Positions 55,184-64,000 of a stretch of DNA of 64,000 nucleotides are shown piece by piece. A model generated the notes under the pieces. The model saw nothing but the letters and a program-made list of their open reading frames with translations, had not been told where the DNA came from and searched no databases. The stretch lies in NCBI GenBank assembly GCA_963766715.1, contig CAVYBH010000013.1, forward strand, positions 224,001-288,000. Reading direction: 5' to 3'. The stretch is from an uncultured delta proteobacterium (GTDB lineage: Bacteria; Myxococcota; Myxococcia; Myxococcales; Anaeromyxobacteraceae). Within the stretch, counting starts at the first letter, position 1, and every line of letters starts with the position of its first letter. The position numbers and the translations under genes were made by a program.

Positions 55184-56095
55184 GTGATCCCGATCCAGAG
55201 CCGCGCCACCGCGCGCACCGCCTTCTCCCCGCTGCAGGCGGTGCGGGGGCTGGGTGACCTCTTCGCCCTCGCCAAGCCGCGCCTCTCCGGGATGGTGGTC
55301 TCCACCACCGCGGCGGGCATCTGGCTCGCGCCGGAGCAGCCCTCGGCCCCTCGCGCCGCCGCGGTGCTCGCCGGCACGGCCATGGTCGTCGGCGCGGCCA
55401 ACATCCTGAACAACTACCTGGAGCGCGACGTCGACGGCCTCATGCGCCGGACCTGGGGGCGCCCGCTGCCCGCCGGCCGCGTCGAGCCGGGGACGGCGCT
55501 CGCCCTCGGCCTCGGCCTTCCCGCGTTCGCCATCCCGATGCTGGCCTTCGCCGCGAACCCGCTCACGGCGCTCCTCGCGCTCGTGGCGCTGGTGAGCTAC
55601 GCCTTCGTCTACACGCCCATGAAGCGCTGGAGCACCGCGGCGCTCTTCGTGGGCGCCATCCCGGGCGCCATTCCCCCGCTCATGGGCTGGACCGCCGCCA
55701 CCGGATCGATCGACGCGCGCGGGCTCGCGCTCTTCGCGCTCCTCTTCGTCTGGCAGCTCCCCCACTTCCTCGCCATCTCCGTCTACCTGAAGGAGGACTA
55801 CGCGCGCGGCGGCCTGAAGGTCTTCGCGCTGGTCCACGGGGAGCGGGCGGCCAAGGTCTGGGCGGTCGGCACGAGCGCCCTCCTCGTCCCGGTGGGCATG
55901 CTCCCCGCCTTCCTGGGCATGGCGTCCTGGGGCTTCGGCGCGGCGGCGGCGCTGCTCGGCGGAGGGCTGACCGCTGCGGCGGCGAGCGGGCTGCGCATCC
56001 CCGACGGCTCGTCGCGCTGGGCCCGCAACTTCTTCCTCTCGACGCTGCTCTACCTGGTGCTGGTCTTCATCGCCCTGTTCCTCGGGGCGAGGTAG
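55184..56095 (+). CDS. ctaB: Protoheme IX farnesyltransferase (heme o synthase)
   Basis: KPRL, N.Y.ERD.D..M.RT..RPLP.GR, YTP.K, GAIPP.MGW, WQLPHF.A. Confidence 0.95.
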   Translation: MIPIQSRATARTAFSPLQAVRGLGDLFALAKPRLSGMVVSTTAAGIWLAPEQPSAPRAAAVLAGTAMVVGAANILNNYLERDVDGLMRRTWGRPLPAGRVEPGTALALGLGLPAFAIPMLAFAANPLTALLALVALVSYAFVYTPMKRWSTAALFVGAIPGAIPPLMGWTAATGSIDARGLALFALLFVWQLPHFLAISVYLKEDYARGGLKVFALVHGERAAKVWAVGTSALLVPVGMLPAFLGMASWGFGAAAALLGGGLTAAAASGLRIPDGSSRWARNFFLSTLLYLVLVFIALFLGAR

Positions 56096-56105
56096 CCTGC
56101 CGGTC

Positions 56106-56539
56106 TTGACCCTCGGCGAGATCCTTCCCCCGGTGAACGCCGCGTTCAACGCGACGCAGCGCCACGCTGCTGGTCCTGGGCTGGCGCGCCATCCGGACCG
56201 GCCAGCGGACCCGCCACCGGAATCTCGATGATCTCGGCGCTCGGGACGTCGGCGCTCTTCCTCGTCGGCTACCTGACCCGGATGGCTCTCACCGGCACCC
56301 ACCGCTTCCCCGGGCAGGGCGGGCTGCGCACCGCCTACCTGCTGCTCCTCGGCAGCCACACCCTGCTCGCCGCCGCGATCGTCCCCCTGATCGGCGTCAC
56401 CCTGTGGCTCGCCTGGAAGGGGCGGTTCGATGCGCACCGCCGCATCGCGCGCTACACGATGCCGGCCTGGCTCTACGTGTCGGTCACCGGCGTGCTCGTG
56501 TACGTCATGCTCTACTGGGTGGCGCCAATCGTCTCTTGA
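56106..56539 (+). CDS. DUF420 membrane protein (frameshifted)
   Basis: P.NA..N, SALFL..YL, Y...L.SH..LA, HRRIAR...P.WLYVSVTG..VY.MLY. Confidence 0.82.
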
Positions 56540-56564
56540 CACCCGGCGTCCCGACCCGTAAACA
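56536..56564 (+). promoter_or_regulatory. sigma70 promoter of the tRNA
   Basis: TTGACA-N17-TAAACA. Confidence 0.65.
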
Positions 56565-56599
56565 AGCCCCCTCCCCACCCGCGGGAGACGTGCGAATAC

Positions 56600-56675
56600 G
56601 GGGCTGTAGCTCAGCTGGGAGAGCGCTAGAATCGCACTCTAGAGGTCGTCGGTTCGATCCCGATCAGCTCCACCA
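56600..56675 (+). tRNA. tRNA-Ala(CGC)
   Basis: 76-nt cloverleaf GGGGCTG...CAGCTCC-ACCA with G3:U70; anticodon arm CTAGA-ATCGCAC-TCTAG; GGTTCGATCCC T arm. Confidence 0.97.
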
Positions 56676-56681
56676 AATCAG

Positions 56682-56716
56682 AGGGCCCGGTCCGAAACGA
56701 CCGGGCCTTCCCTTTT
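56682..56716 (+). terminator. Terminator hairpin after the tRNA
   Basis: GGCCCGGTC-CGAAAC-GACCGGGCC followed by TTCCCTTTT. Confidence 0.7.
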
Positions 56717-56739
56717 CCGGGCTGCCAGGCGAGGGCCCG

Positions 56740-57166
56740 TCAGCCCCCGCGTCGCGCCACCACGAACTGGGCCGTGACCGCGTCCATCGACTGGATGTGG
56801 GCCACGAACCAGGTGGGGACCGCCTCGGCGACGTAGGACCAGAGCCGGCCCGTGTCCCCGGTCTCCCGGAAATGGGTCTCCTCCGATTCCATCTCGTCGA
56901 TGACCCGGTCGTGCTCCCCCTTGTGCATCGGATAGGGAGGGAACCCGGACTGGCGCATCGCCTCCTCCTCCCGCCCGAAGTGCTCCTGGGTGTGCTGCAG
57001 GAGCGCCTCGAAGTGGTGGAGCACCGTCTCGACCGGGACCTTGCCCGTCCGGTGTCCCTTCACGGCCTCGGCCAGGTCGTTGAGCAGGCGACCCTCCTCC
57101 CGGTGATCGTCGTTGATGAACGGGAAGCGCGACCTGGGGGATGGCTTCGAGATCGACGATGGGCAT
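56740..57166 (-). CDS. Bacteriohemerythrin (frameshift near 57130)
   Basis: NDDH, HF..EE..M....FP....HK.EH, WF..HI..MD. Confidence 0.88.
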
Positions 57167-57188
57167 GGGTCCCTGATAACTGTAGGCG

Positions 57189-58105
57189 ATGTCCGACGCA
57201 GCCCATAGCCTCACCGCCGGCGCTCCCCGCCCCTCGTCGCGGCCGCGGCTTCGCCTGGATCCTCGGCGCCTACCTGCTGGCCCTGGTCGCGGCCCTCGCC
57301 ACCGCGCTCGCCCTGTCCGGCCGCGACCCGATCCTCGTGGCGCTCGCCGCCGACGTCGTGGCCACCGCGGTGGTCTTCGCCTTCAGCCTGGTCCTCGACA
57401 ACTCCAGCATGTACGACCCGTACTGGAGCGCGGCGCCCATTCCCATCGTCCTCTACTGGGCCATGGCCCCGGGCGGATCGGCCGCCCAGCCGCTCCGACA
57501 GTTCCTGGTCATCTTCCTGGTCACCGCCTGGGGCGTCCGCCTCACCGCGAACTGGGCCGTCCCGCTGGCACGGCCTCTCCGACGAGGACTTCCGGTACGT
57601 CGAGATCCGCAGCAAGACCGGGCGGCTCTTCTGGCCGGCGAGCTTCTTCAGCATCCACCTCTTCCCCACCGGCTGGGTCTTCCTCGCCCTGCTCTCCACC
57701 TGGCCGGCCCTGAACGGCCCCGGGCGCCCGCTCGGCTGGCTGGACGCGCTCGCCGCGGGGGTCACCGCCGGCGCCATCCTCATCGAGGGCATCTCCGACC
57801 TCCAGCTGCGCCGCTTCATGCGCACGCGCCGCGACAAGGAGTCGGTGCTCGACGTCGGGCTCTGGGCCTGGAGCCGCCATCCGAACTACTTCGGCGAGGT
57901 CGCCTTCTGGTGGGGGCTGTGGCTCTTCGGCCTCGCCGCCCGTCCGGCCTGGGCCTGGACCGTCGTCGGCCCGATCTCCATCACGTTGCTCTTCGTCCTC
58001 GTCTCCATCCCGTGGATGGACCGGCGCATGCTGGAGCGCCACCCGGACTGGGCGGGGCACATGAAGCGCACGTCGGCCTTCTTCCCGCTCCCGCCCCGGC
58101 GCTGA
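57189..58105 (+). CDS. DUF1295 membrane protein (steroid 5-alpha-reductase-like), frameshifted
   Basis: NSS.YDPYWS, WG.RL, EDFRY, GLW.WSRHPNYFGE..FWWG. Confidence 0.85.
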
Positions 58106-58121
58106 ACCGGGGCGGCGGCGG

Positions 58122-60417
58122 TCACGCCTTCTCGCGCTCGATCGCCGCGGGGCGCTCGCCGCGAGAGCAGCCAGAGCGAGGCCGGCAGGGCGGTGAAGTC
58201 GGCCACCATGGAGAGCAGGAAGGCGGCCGCGGTGATCACCCCGAACTGCCGCAAGGGCGGGAAGTTCGACACCGAGAGCGCCAGGAACCCGGCCGCGTTG
58301 ATGAGCGTCGCGAAGACGATGGCGCGCCCCGATACACGGAGAGTGTAGCGGAGCGATTCCTCGAACCCCATCTTCTCGTGCCGCCCCTCCTGCAGGTGGT
58401 AGAAGAAGTGGATCTGGTCGTTCTCGGTGGTGCCGAGCACGGTCGTGGCGATGAGGATGGTGGCCACGTTGAGCGACCCGCCCAGGAGCCGCATCCCCAG
58501 GAACGTGGCCAGGATGGCGAACACCGACGGGATCATCGCCATGAGCCGCGCCGACGGGCTGCGGAAGACGAACAGGAAGGCCAGGAAGATGAGCCCGGCG
58601 GTGAGGGCGAAGCTCTCGGTCAGCGTGGGCACGAGGCTCGCGCCCACCTTGGCCTGCAGGAGCGACTCGCCGACCACCTGCATCTCCACGCCCCGGAAGG
58701 CCGGATCGCCCTTCACGTCGGCGTCCCAGGCCCGGTGCAGGCCGGCCGAGAGCCGCTCGTAGTCCTTCTCGTCGAACCCGTTGAAGACCACCGTGAGCTG
58801 GACGTTCCCGAGCGTCCCCACGTCCATGAAGGCCCGGAGCTCGCCCTCGGTGAGCAGGAGCTGCTCCACGTCGGCCGCCGCCTCCTCGAAGGCCTTCGGG
58901 TCCTGGGGAAGCTGGTCGCCCTGGCCGGCGATGTAGCGGCGCATGCGCAGGAAGGTGGTGGGCCCCACCACGCCCGAGACCTCGGGGAGCCGCTCCACCG
59001 AGGTGGCGAACCGGTCGATGCCGCGCAGGAACTCGGGGTCCACCGCCCCGCCCGGCGGCGTCCGCACCCAGACCCGGGCCACGTTCAGCCCGGCCACGTT
59101 CTTGCGGAACCAGACCATGTCCTTGTGGATGGGCAGGCTCGCGTCGACGTAGTCGAGCGAGTCGACCCCCACGCCCATGGGCGCCACCACGCCAGGCAGG
59201 CCGAAGAGCCCGACCGCGCCCGCGGCCGAGACCACCAGGGCGCCCACCACGAGCGGCCACCGGAACCGCCAGGTGAAGACCGGGAGCACCTCGGCCAGCC
59301 GGTCGTAGAAGCGGGTGCGGATGGCCACCGTCCGCCCGGTGGGGGTGCGCAGGAGCTTCTGCAGGGCCGGGAAGAGGGTGAAGGCCGTGATCCACCCCAG
59401 CGCCAGCCCCACCGCGGTCCAGACGCCCATCTCCCGCACCGGGAGGATGCGCGAGACCGCCAGCGCGCCGAAGCCCAGCACCGCGGCCACCGTCGACGCC
59501 GTCACCGGGAGGAACTTGTTGGCGAGCGCGAAGACCTGGTGGGCGTCGACCTCGGTGCCCTCCGGCTGGTCGACGAAGCGCGACTGGAGGTAGACCAGGG
59601 TCGCCAGCGTCGTCACCATCACCGTCAGTGGAACGAGCGCCGACACCACGGTGAAGGAGAAGCCGAGCAGGGAGCCCGCGCCCACCCCCAGGGCCACGGC
59701 GCTGCCCAGCGCGACCAGGATGGCGAGCAGCGTCCGCCAGGACCGGTAGAGGAAGAACGGAGATCGCCACCACGAAGGCCCCGAAGAGCGGGAAGTACCG
59801 GAGCGAGGCCGATCCCGACTCGTGCTCGATCCAGGCCTCGACGAGCGGCGCGCCCACCCGGCGGATGCCCTTCACCCCGGGACCTGGCTCGCCGACCGCC
59901 TTCTCGATCGCGGCCAGCGTCCGGGCCCGCGCCTCTCCCTTGCCGCCGAAGCCGGCGACCACCGCCTGGAAGTCCTTCCCCACCAGCCCCTGCCGCCGGA
60001 GGATGTCGGTGCCGGTGGCGAACTTCCGGAAGGCCTGGGCCGAGGCCGGGTCGGGCTGGAAGCGAGGGTCGACCCGCCGGTAGATGTCGAGCGCCGACAC
60101 CGGGAAGCACGCCCGGGATCGTCTTCAGCCGATCCTCCAGGCCGGCGACCTGCCGCAGCACGTCGGGGCTCCAGGGGTCCTCGCTCTCGACGAGCAGGAG
60201 GACCACCTGCCCCTCCGGGAAGACCTTCTGGAAGGCGCGGGTGGCGACGAAGTCCGGGTCGGAGGGGATGATGAGCCGGTCGATGGCCCCTTCCGACGGG
60301 ATGCGCATCGCCAGGACGACGGCGATCGGGCAGGAGCAAGGCGTACAGCGCGAGGATGGGGACGCGCCAGGACACGATGCGACGGAAGACGCGTTCCAGG
60401 AGGGGATGTCGGTCCAT
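58122..60417 (-). CDS. MMPL/RND family transporter (frameshifted)
   Basis: Two membrane repeats separated by periplasmic loops; T..AVLGFGAL..S.I.P.REMG, GF.AL..S.FPPL..FG. Confidence 0.85.
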
Positions 60418-60485
60418 CGGTGCCACGATACGTAGCACTGGCCCGGTGCTGTCGGGTAGTGTCCGCGACGGACCGGGAGGGACGC

Positions 60486-60905
60486 ATGCTGGAGCGCATC
60501 GGGATCTCGCTCGAGGAGGACCTCCTCGCACAGTTCGACCGGCTCATCGCCGAGAAGGGCTACGTCAACCGGTCGGAGGCCATCCGGGACCTCATCCGGG
60601 ACTCGCTGGTCCAGCGCGAGTGGGCCGAGTCGAGCGGCCGGGAGGAGAAGGTGGCGGTCGTGACCCTCGTCTACGACCACGACTCCGCCAGCCTGGCCCA
60701 GAAGCTGGCCCACATCCAGCACGAGAACCACCGGGCGGTCGTGTCGGCGCTCCACATCCACCTCGACCCGCACAACTGCCTCGAGGTGCTGGTGCTGCGG
60801 GGGCGGGCCCGCGACGTCTCCGCCATGGGGGACGGGCTCGTCTCCACGAAGGGCGTCAAGTTCGGGAAGGTGGTCCCGGCCACCACCGGCGAGGGGCTGC
60901 GCTAG
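60486..60905 (+). CDS. nikR: Nickel-responsive transcriptional regulator NikR
   Basis: RIGISL...LL..FD..I...GY.NRSEAIRDLIR, YDH, HIHLD..NCLEV; GGAGG RBS. Confidence 0.95.
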   Translation: MLERIGISLEEDLLAQFDRLIAEKGYVNRSEAIRDLIRDSLVQREWAESSGREEKVAVVTLVYDHDSASLAQKLAHIQHENHRAVVSALHIHLDPHNCLEVLVLRGRARDVSAMGDGLVSTKGVKFGKVVPATTGEGLR

Positions 60906-61240
60906 GCGCGGAAGACGAAGTAGACCGCCCCCATCAGGCAGATCCCGGCCCACACGTAGTCGAGCTTCACCGGCTGTCCCATGTAGAGGACGGCGAACGG
61001 GACGAAGACCGACAGCGTCACCACCTCCTGCAGGATCTTGAGCTGGGGGAGCGTCATCACCCCGTACCCGATCCGTTGGCCGGGACCTGCACCAGGTACT
61101 CGAAGAGGGCGATGCCCAGGACACAGCGCCGCCACCCACCAGGCGCTCCGCGCAGGTCTTGAGGTGGCCGTACCAGGCGAACGTCATGAAGACGTTCGAG
61201 ACCACGAGGAGCAGGGTGGCGACGACCGCGGGATGCGCAT
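60902..61240 (-). CDS. DMT family (DUF486) small membrane protein, several frameshifts
   Basis: SNVFMTFAWYGHLK ... QLKILQEVVTLSVF.PF. Confidence 0.82.
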
Positions 61241-61242
61241 GG

Positions 61243-63754
61243 CTACTTCTCGGGCGGCGGCCCGCCCCGCAGCGCCCGGGCGGCCGGCTCCTCGACCGAC
61301 ACCACGTGCAGGTCCCGCTGCGGGAACGGGATGGAGATGCCGGCCTCGTCGAGCTTGGCCACGATGGCGGTGCGGGCCTCGCCGGCGATGGTCAGGGCGC
61401 GGTCGAAGCGCGCCGTCCAGAAGCGCAGCTGGAAGTTGAGCGCGCTGTCGCCCAGGGCGGTGAAGAGCACCAGCGGCGCCGGATCGGAGAGCACGTCGAC
61501 GTTCTGCCGCGCGACCAGGAGCAGGATCTCCTGCACCTTCTCGATGTCGCTCCCGTAGGCCACGCCGACGTCGATCTCCACGCGGCGGGCCTGGTCGGTG
61601 AGCGTCCAGTTGGTCAGCTGGTTCGAGACCAGGCTGGAGTTCGGCATCACCACCTCCGCCCCCTGGAAGGTCTTGATGGTGCTGGAGCGGATGCCGATGT
61701 GGCTCACCGTCCCGGTCGCGGTCCCCACGTCGATGACGTCTCCCACGCGGATGGGGCGCTCGTAGAGCAGGATGAGCCCGGAGACGAAGTTGTTCACCAC
61801 GTTCTGCAGGCCGAAGCCGATGCCGACCGACAGCGTGCCCAGGATGACCGTGAAGCGGGTCACGTCCATGCCGGACGCCAGCACCGCGACGAGGAACCCC
61901 ATCCCCACCATCAGGTAGCCGACCGTCTTGGAGATGGCGACGGGCACGCCGGCGGGCAGCCGGGCGTCCCGGTCGAGGTAGCCTTCGAGGACGAGCCGGA
62001 GCAGGCGCGCCAGGAGGATCGCGACGTACAGCGTGACGCCGAAGGCGGCCAGGTCGCCGAGCGACACGTCGAGGCCGCCGACCTTGAGCCGGGCGGTGAA
62101 CGCGACGCCGATCGCGTCCGCCACGGCGCCGTCGGCGTGGAAGAGCCGCAGGGTACCCACGATCCAGAGGAGGGTCGCACCCCACTCGATGAAGGTGGAC
62201 CCCTTGCGAGGCGATGGCGTCCGCGTGCTCGGCGAGGACGTGGAACCTGCGGATCTCCGGCATGCGGAGGCCGCCCACGAGCAGCGCCCGGAGGACGCGT
62301 GCCACCGCGGCGAGCAGGAGCGCGATCATCCCGGTGGACAGCGACCCGTCGGTGAGGCGCCGGGCGAGGCTGACGTTGCCGACCACGTTCGCCAGGAGCG
62401 CCACGACGAGGAGGGCGCCGAGCACCCCGATCGCGATCCGGACGTGCGCCCTCCGCCGGGGACGGGTCACCGACCCGGTCCAGGGCGCATCCTTCCGGAG
62501 CATCCTCGGACGCCGCCACGATGCCGATCAGCGCCACCACGAACGTCAGGAGCCGGCCGGGCAACGAGTACGCCGGCAGCAGGGCCCCGATCCGGGCGGA
62601 CGCGAAGAGCGCGGTGAACCCGTAGAGCGACCACCGCAGTGCACGGCCCGAGGAGGTTCCGGGTGAGCACGCAGGAAGGGCGGCAGCATGAGCAGCACGA
62701 CCGCCTCGGTGAAGACGGCCGGGGCCCGCGGCAGGATCCAGGAGGTGAGGCTCAGCGCGACGAGGAGGCCGGCCGAGATCGGGTGTGCGAGGACCTCCGC
62801 GGGCGCTGCCAGCTCGGGGTCGTCCGCGGCCCTCCTGGCGAAGCGGCGCCCCGACCAGGCGACGACGCACCACGACGACCACGAAGGACAGGAGCACCCA
62901 GAGGAACCCGGCTCCCTCCTCCCGGACGAAGGCGGAGATGGAGGAGACGTTGTGCTCGAACAGCCGCCGGAGCTGGCCCCCGAAGTCGCGGAGCGGCGCC
63001 CGGCGCGCGAGAAGACCGTCCAGATGGGCTTGGCCTCGATCTCGAAGAGCTGCTGCTCCCGGACGGCGTCGGCCCGGTCGGCAGCGGAGAGCCAGCCCAG
63101 GATGCGGATCCGCAGGCTCCCCACCCGGTCCTGGGCGGCCAGCAGCTTGTCGAGCTGCGCCTTCACCGACTTCTGGAGATCCGCGATCTCCTTGCGGACC
63201 GTGCGGGTGCGCTCGGCGATCTCCGCCGCCCCTCCATCCTCGGCCACCTTCTCCTCGGTGAGCTTCCAGACCGCCGCCATCCGCTCCAGCTCCTTCAGGG
63301 ACCCGTAGCTGGACCGGACGGCGTCCTCGATCCTGCTGCTCCACCGGCCGAGGAGCGCGTCCTGCCGCAGCATCTCCTGGCGGAAGTCGACGAGGTCCCG
63401 GTCGGAGAGCATGGACATCGGCTGGCGGGTGAACTGCTCGCCGGCCTGCTCGACGGCCTTCGCGACGTCGTCGAGCGGCTCGAGCGTGCCATCGAGCAGC
63501 GCCTCGGGGCCGCCCTTCGCCCGGATGGCCGCCAGGCTCCGGTACGCCTCGACCGCCGCCGGCACCACCTTGGGCAGGGGGATCGCCGCCGGCTCCTGCG
63601 CCGCGGTCGCCTTGGCGTCGGCGGGCTTCGCGTCGGTCGCCGGCCCGGGCCGGTCAGGAGGTCGAGCGGCCCGGCGGCGAGAACCGGGGCGGCCGGGACG
63701 AGGAGGAGCCGCCGCGGCGAGGACCGCGGCACGCGCGGGGGAGCGGGGCGTCAT
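61243..63754 (-). CDS. Large MscS/MscK-like mechanosensitive channel (frameshifted)
   Basis: Signal peptide, coiled-coil periplasmic region, TM helices, LSVGIGFGLQNVVNNFVSGLILL.ERPI..GD, PFPQRD. Confidence 0.88.
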
Positions 63755-63780
63755 CGTCGCCATGCTAGTCGAATGTCCGC

Positions 63781-64000
63781 CTAGCGCGAGCGCCTGGACG
63801 CCGCGACCCGGCGCCCGGCGCCCACCCGGGGCGCCGCGGCCCGTCCGGGTGCACAGGTGTCGCAGCTGGCCCCGCAGGGATCGATCTGCTCGCCGAAGTG
63901 GCGCCCCAGCAGCCTGTGGCGGCAGCCGCTCGACTCGGCCCACTCGAACATGGCCCGGGCCTTCTGGCGCTGGAACCTCGCCGTCTCGGGGTCGTCGGTG
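63781..64000 (-). CDS. recQ: 3' end of a RecQ-family helicase (Zn-binding domain), truncated by the window edge
   Basis: Hand translation ...MFEWAESSGCRHRLLGRHFGEQIDPCGASCDTC...SRRSR*. Confidence 0.7.
   Translation of the reverse strand, partial: TDDPETARFQRQKARAMFEWAESSGCRHRLLGRHFGEQIDPCGASCDTCAPGRAAAPRVGAGRRVAASRRSR

Noticed and set aside
56600..56740. tRNA-Ala as an integration site for a genomic island
   Set aside because: No integrase, no duplicated tRNA 3' end seen, no compositional shift
60420..60450. GTAGCAC half-site upstream of nikR as an autoregulatory operator
   Set aside because: No partner half-site at 13-bp spacing; the same heptamer occurs at 17199 and 28577 as part of extended -10 elements

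Overview
Very high-GC chromosomal window with a gene inventory typical of an Anaeromyxobacter-like Myxococcota/deltaproteobacterium (taxon is inferred). It has about 65 densely packed genes and one tRNA-Ala(CGC). I found no mobile element or CRISPR array. More than 25 genes, including housekeeping ones (ruvA, rtcB, ctaA, regB), are broken by single-base frameshifts. That pattern points to uncorrected long-read errors, so I stitched genes across frames by eye and their ends are approximate. Main content: a Big_2/S8 kexin-like lipoprotein protease, mltC, cspA, a Ni/Co ECF uptake operon with a perfect NikR-type palindrome, a binding-protein/kinase/HDOD signalling operon, RegAB, a TMTC-like glycosyltransferase divergent from a six-FN3 lipoprotein, lpxC, ruvCAB, archease-rtcB, tatA, a phaR/parA/phasin-like/tandem Get3-ArsA ATPase cluster, sulfur genes (metY, moeZ, cysK, ttcA), deoBC, ctaA/ctaB, hemerythrin, MMPL, nikR, mscS and the 3' end of a short recQ. 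The best candidate for an undescribed system is the cluster at 42.3-46.3 kb (PhaR, orphan ParA, phasin-like protein, BagAB-like ATPases), a possible storage-granule positioning and targeting module. Other leads are bidirectional/leaderless -10 elements, a structured RNA candidate at 23.55-23.64 kb, a sigma-54 promoter at lpxC and a possible external-chaperone protease pair.
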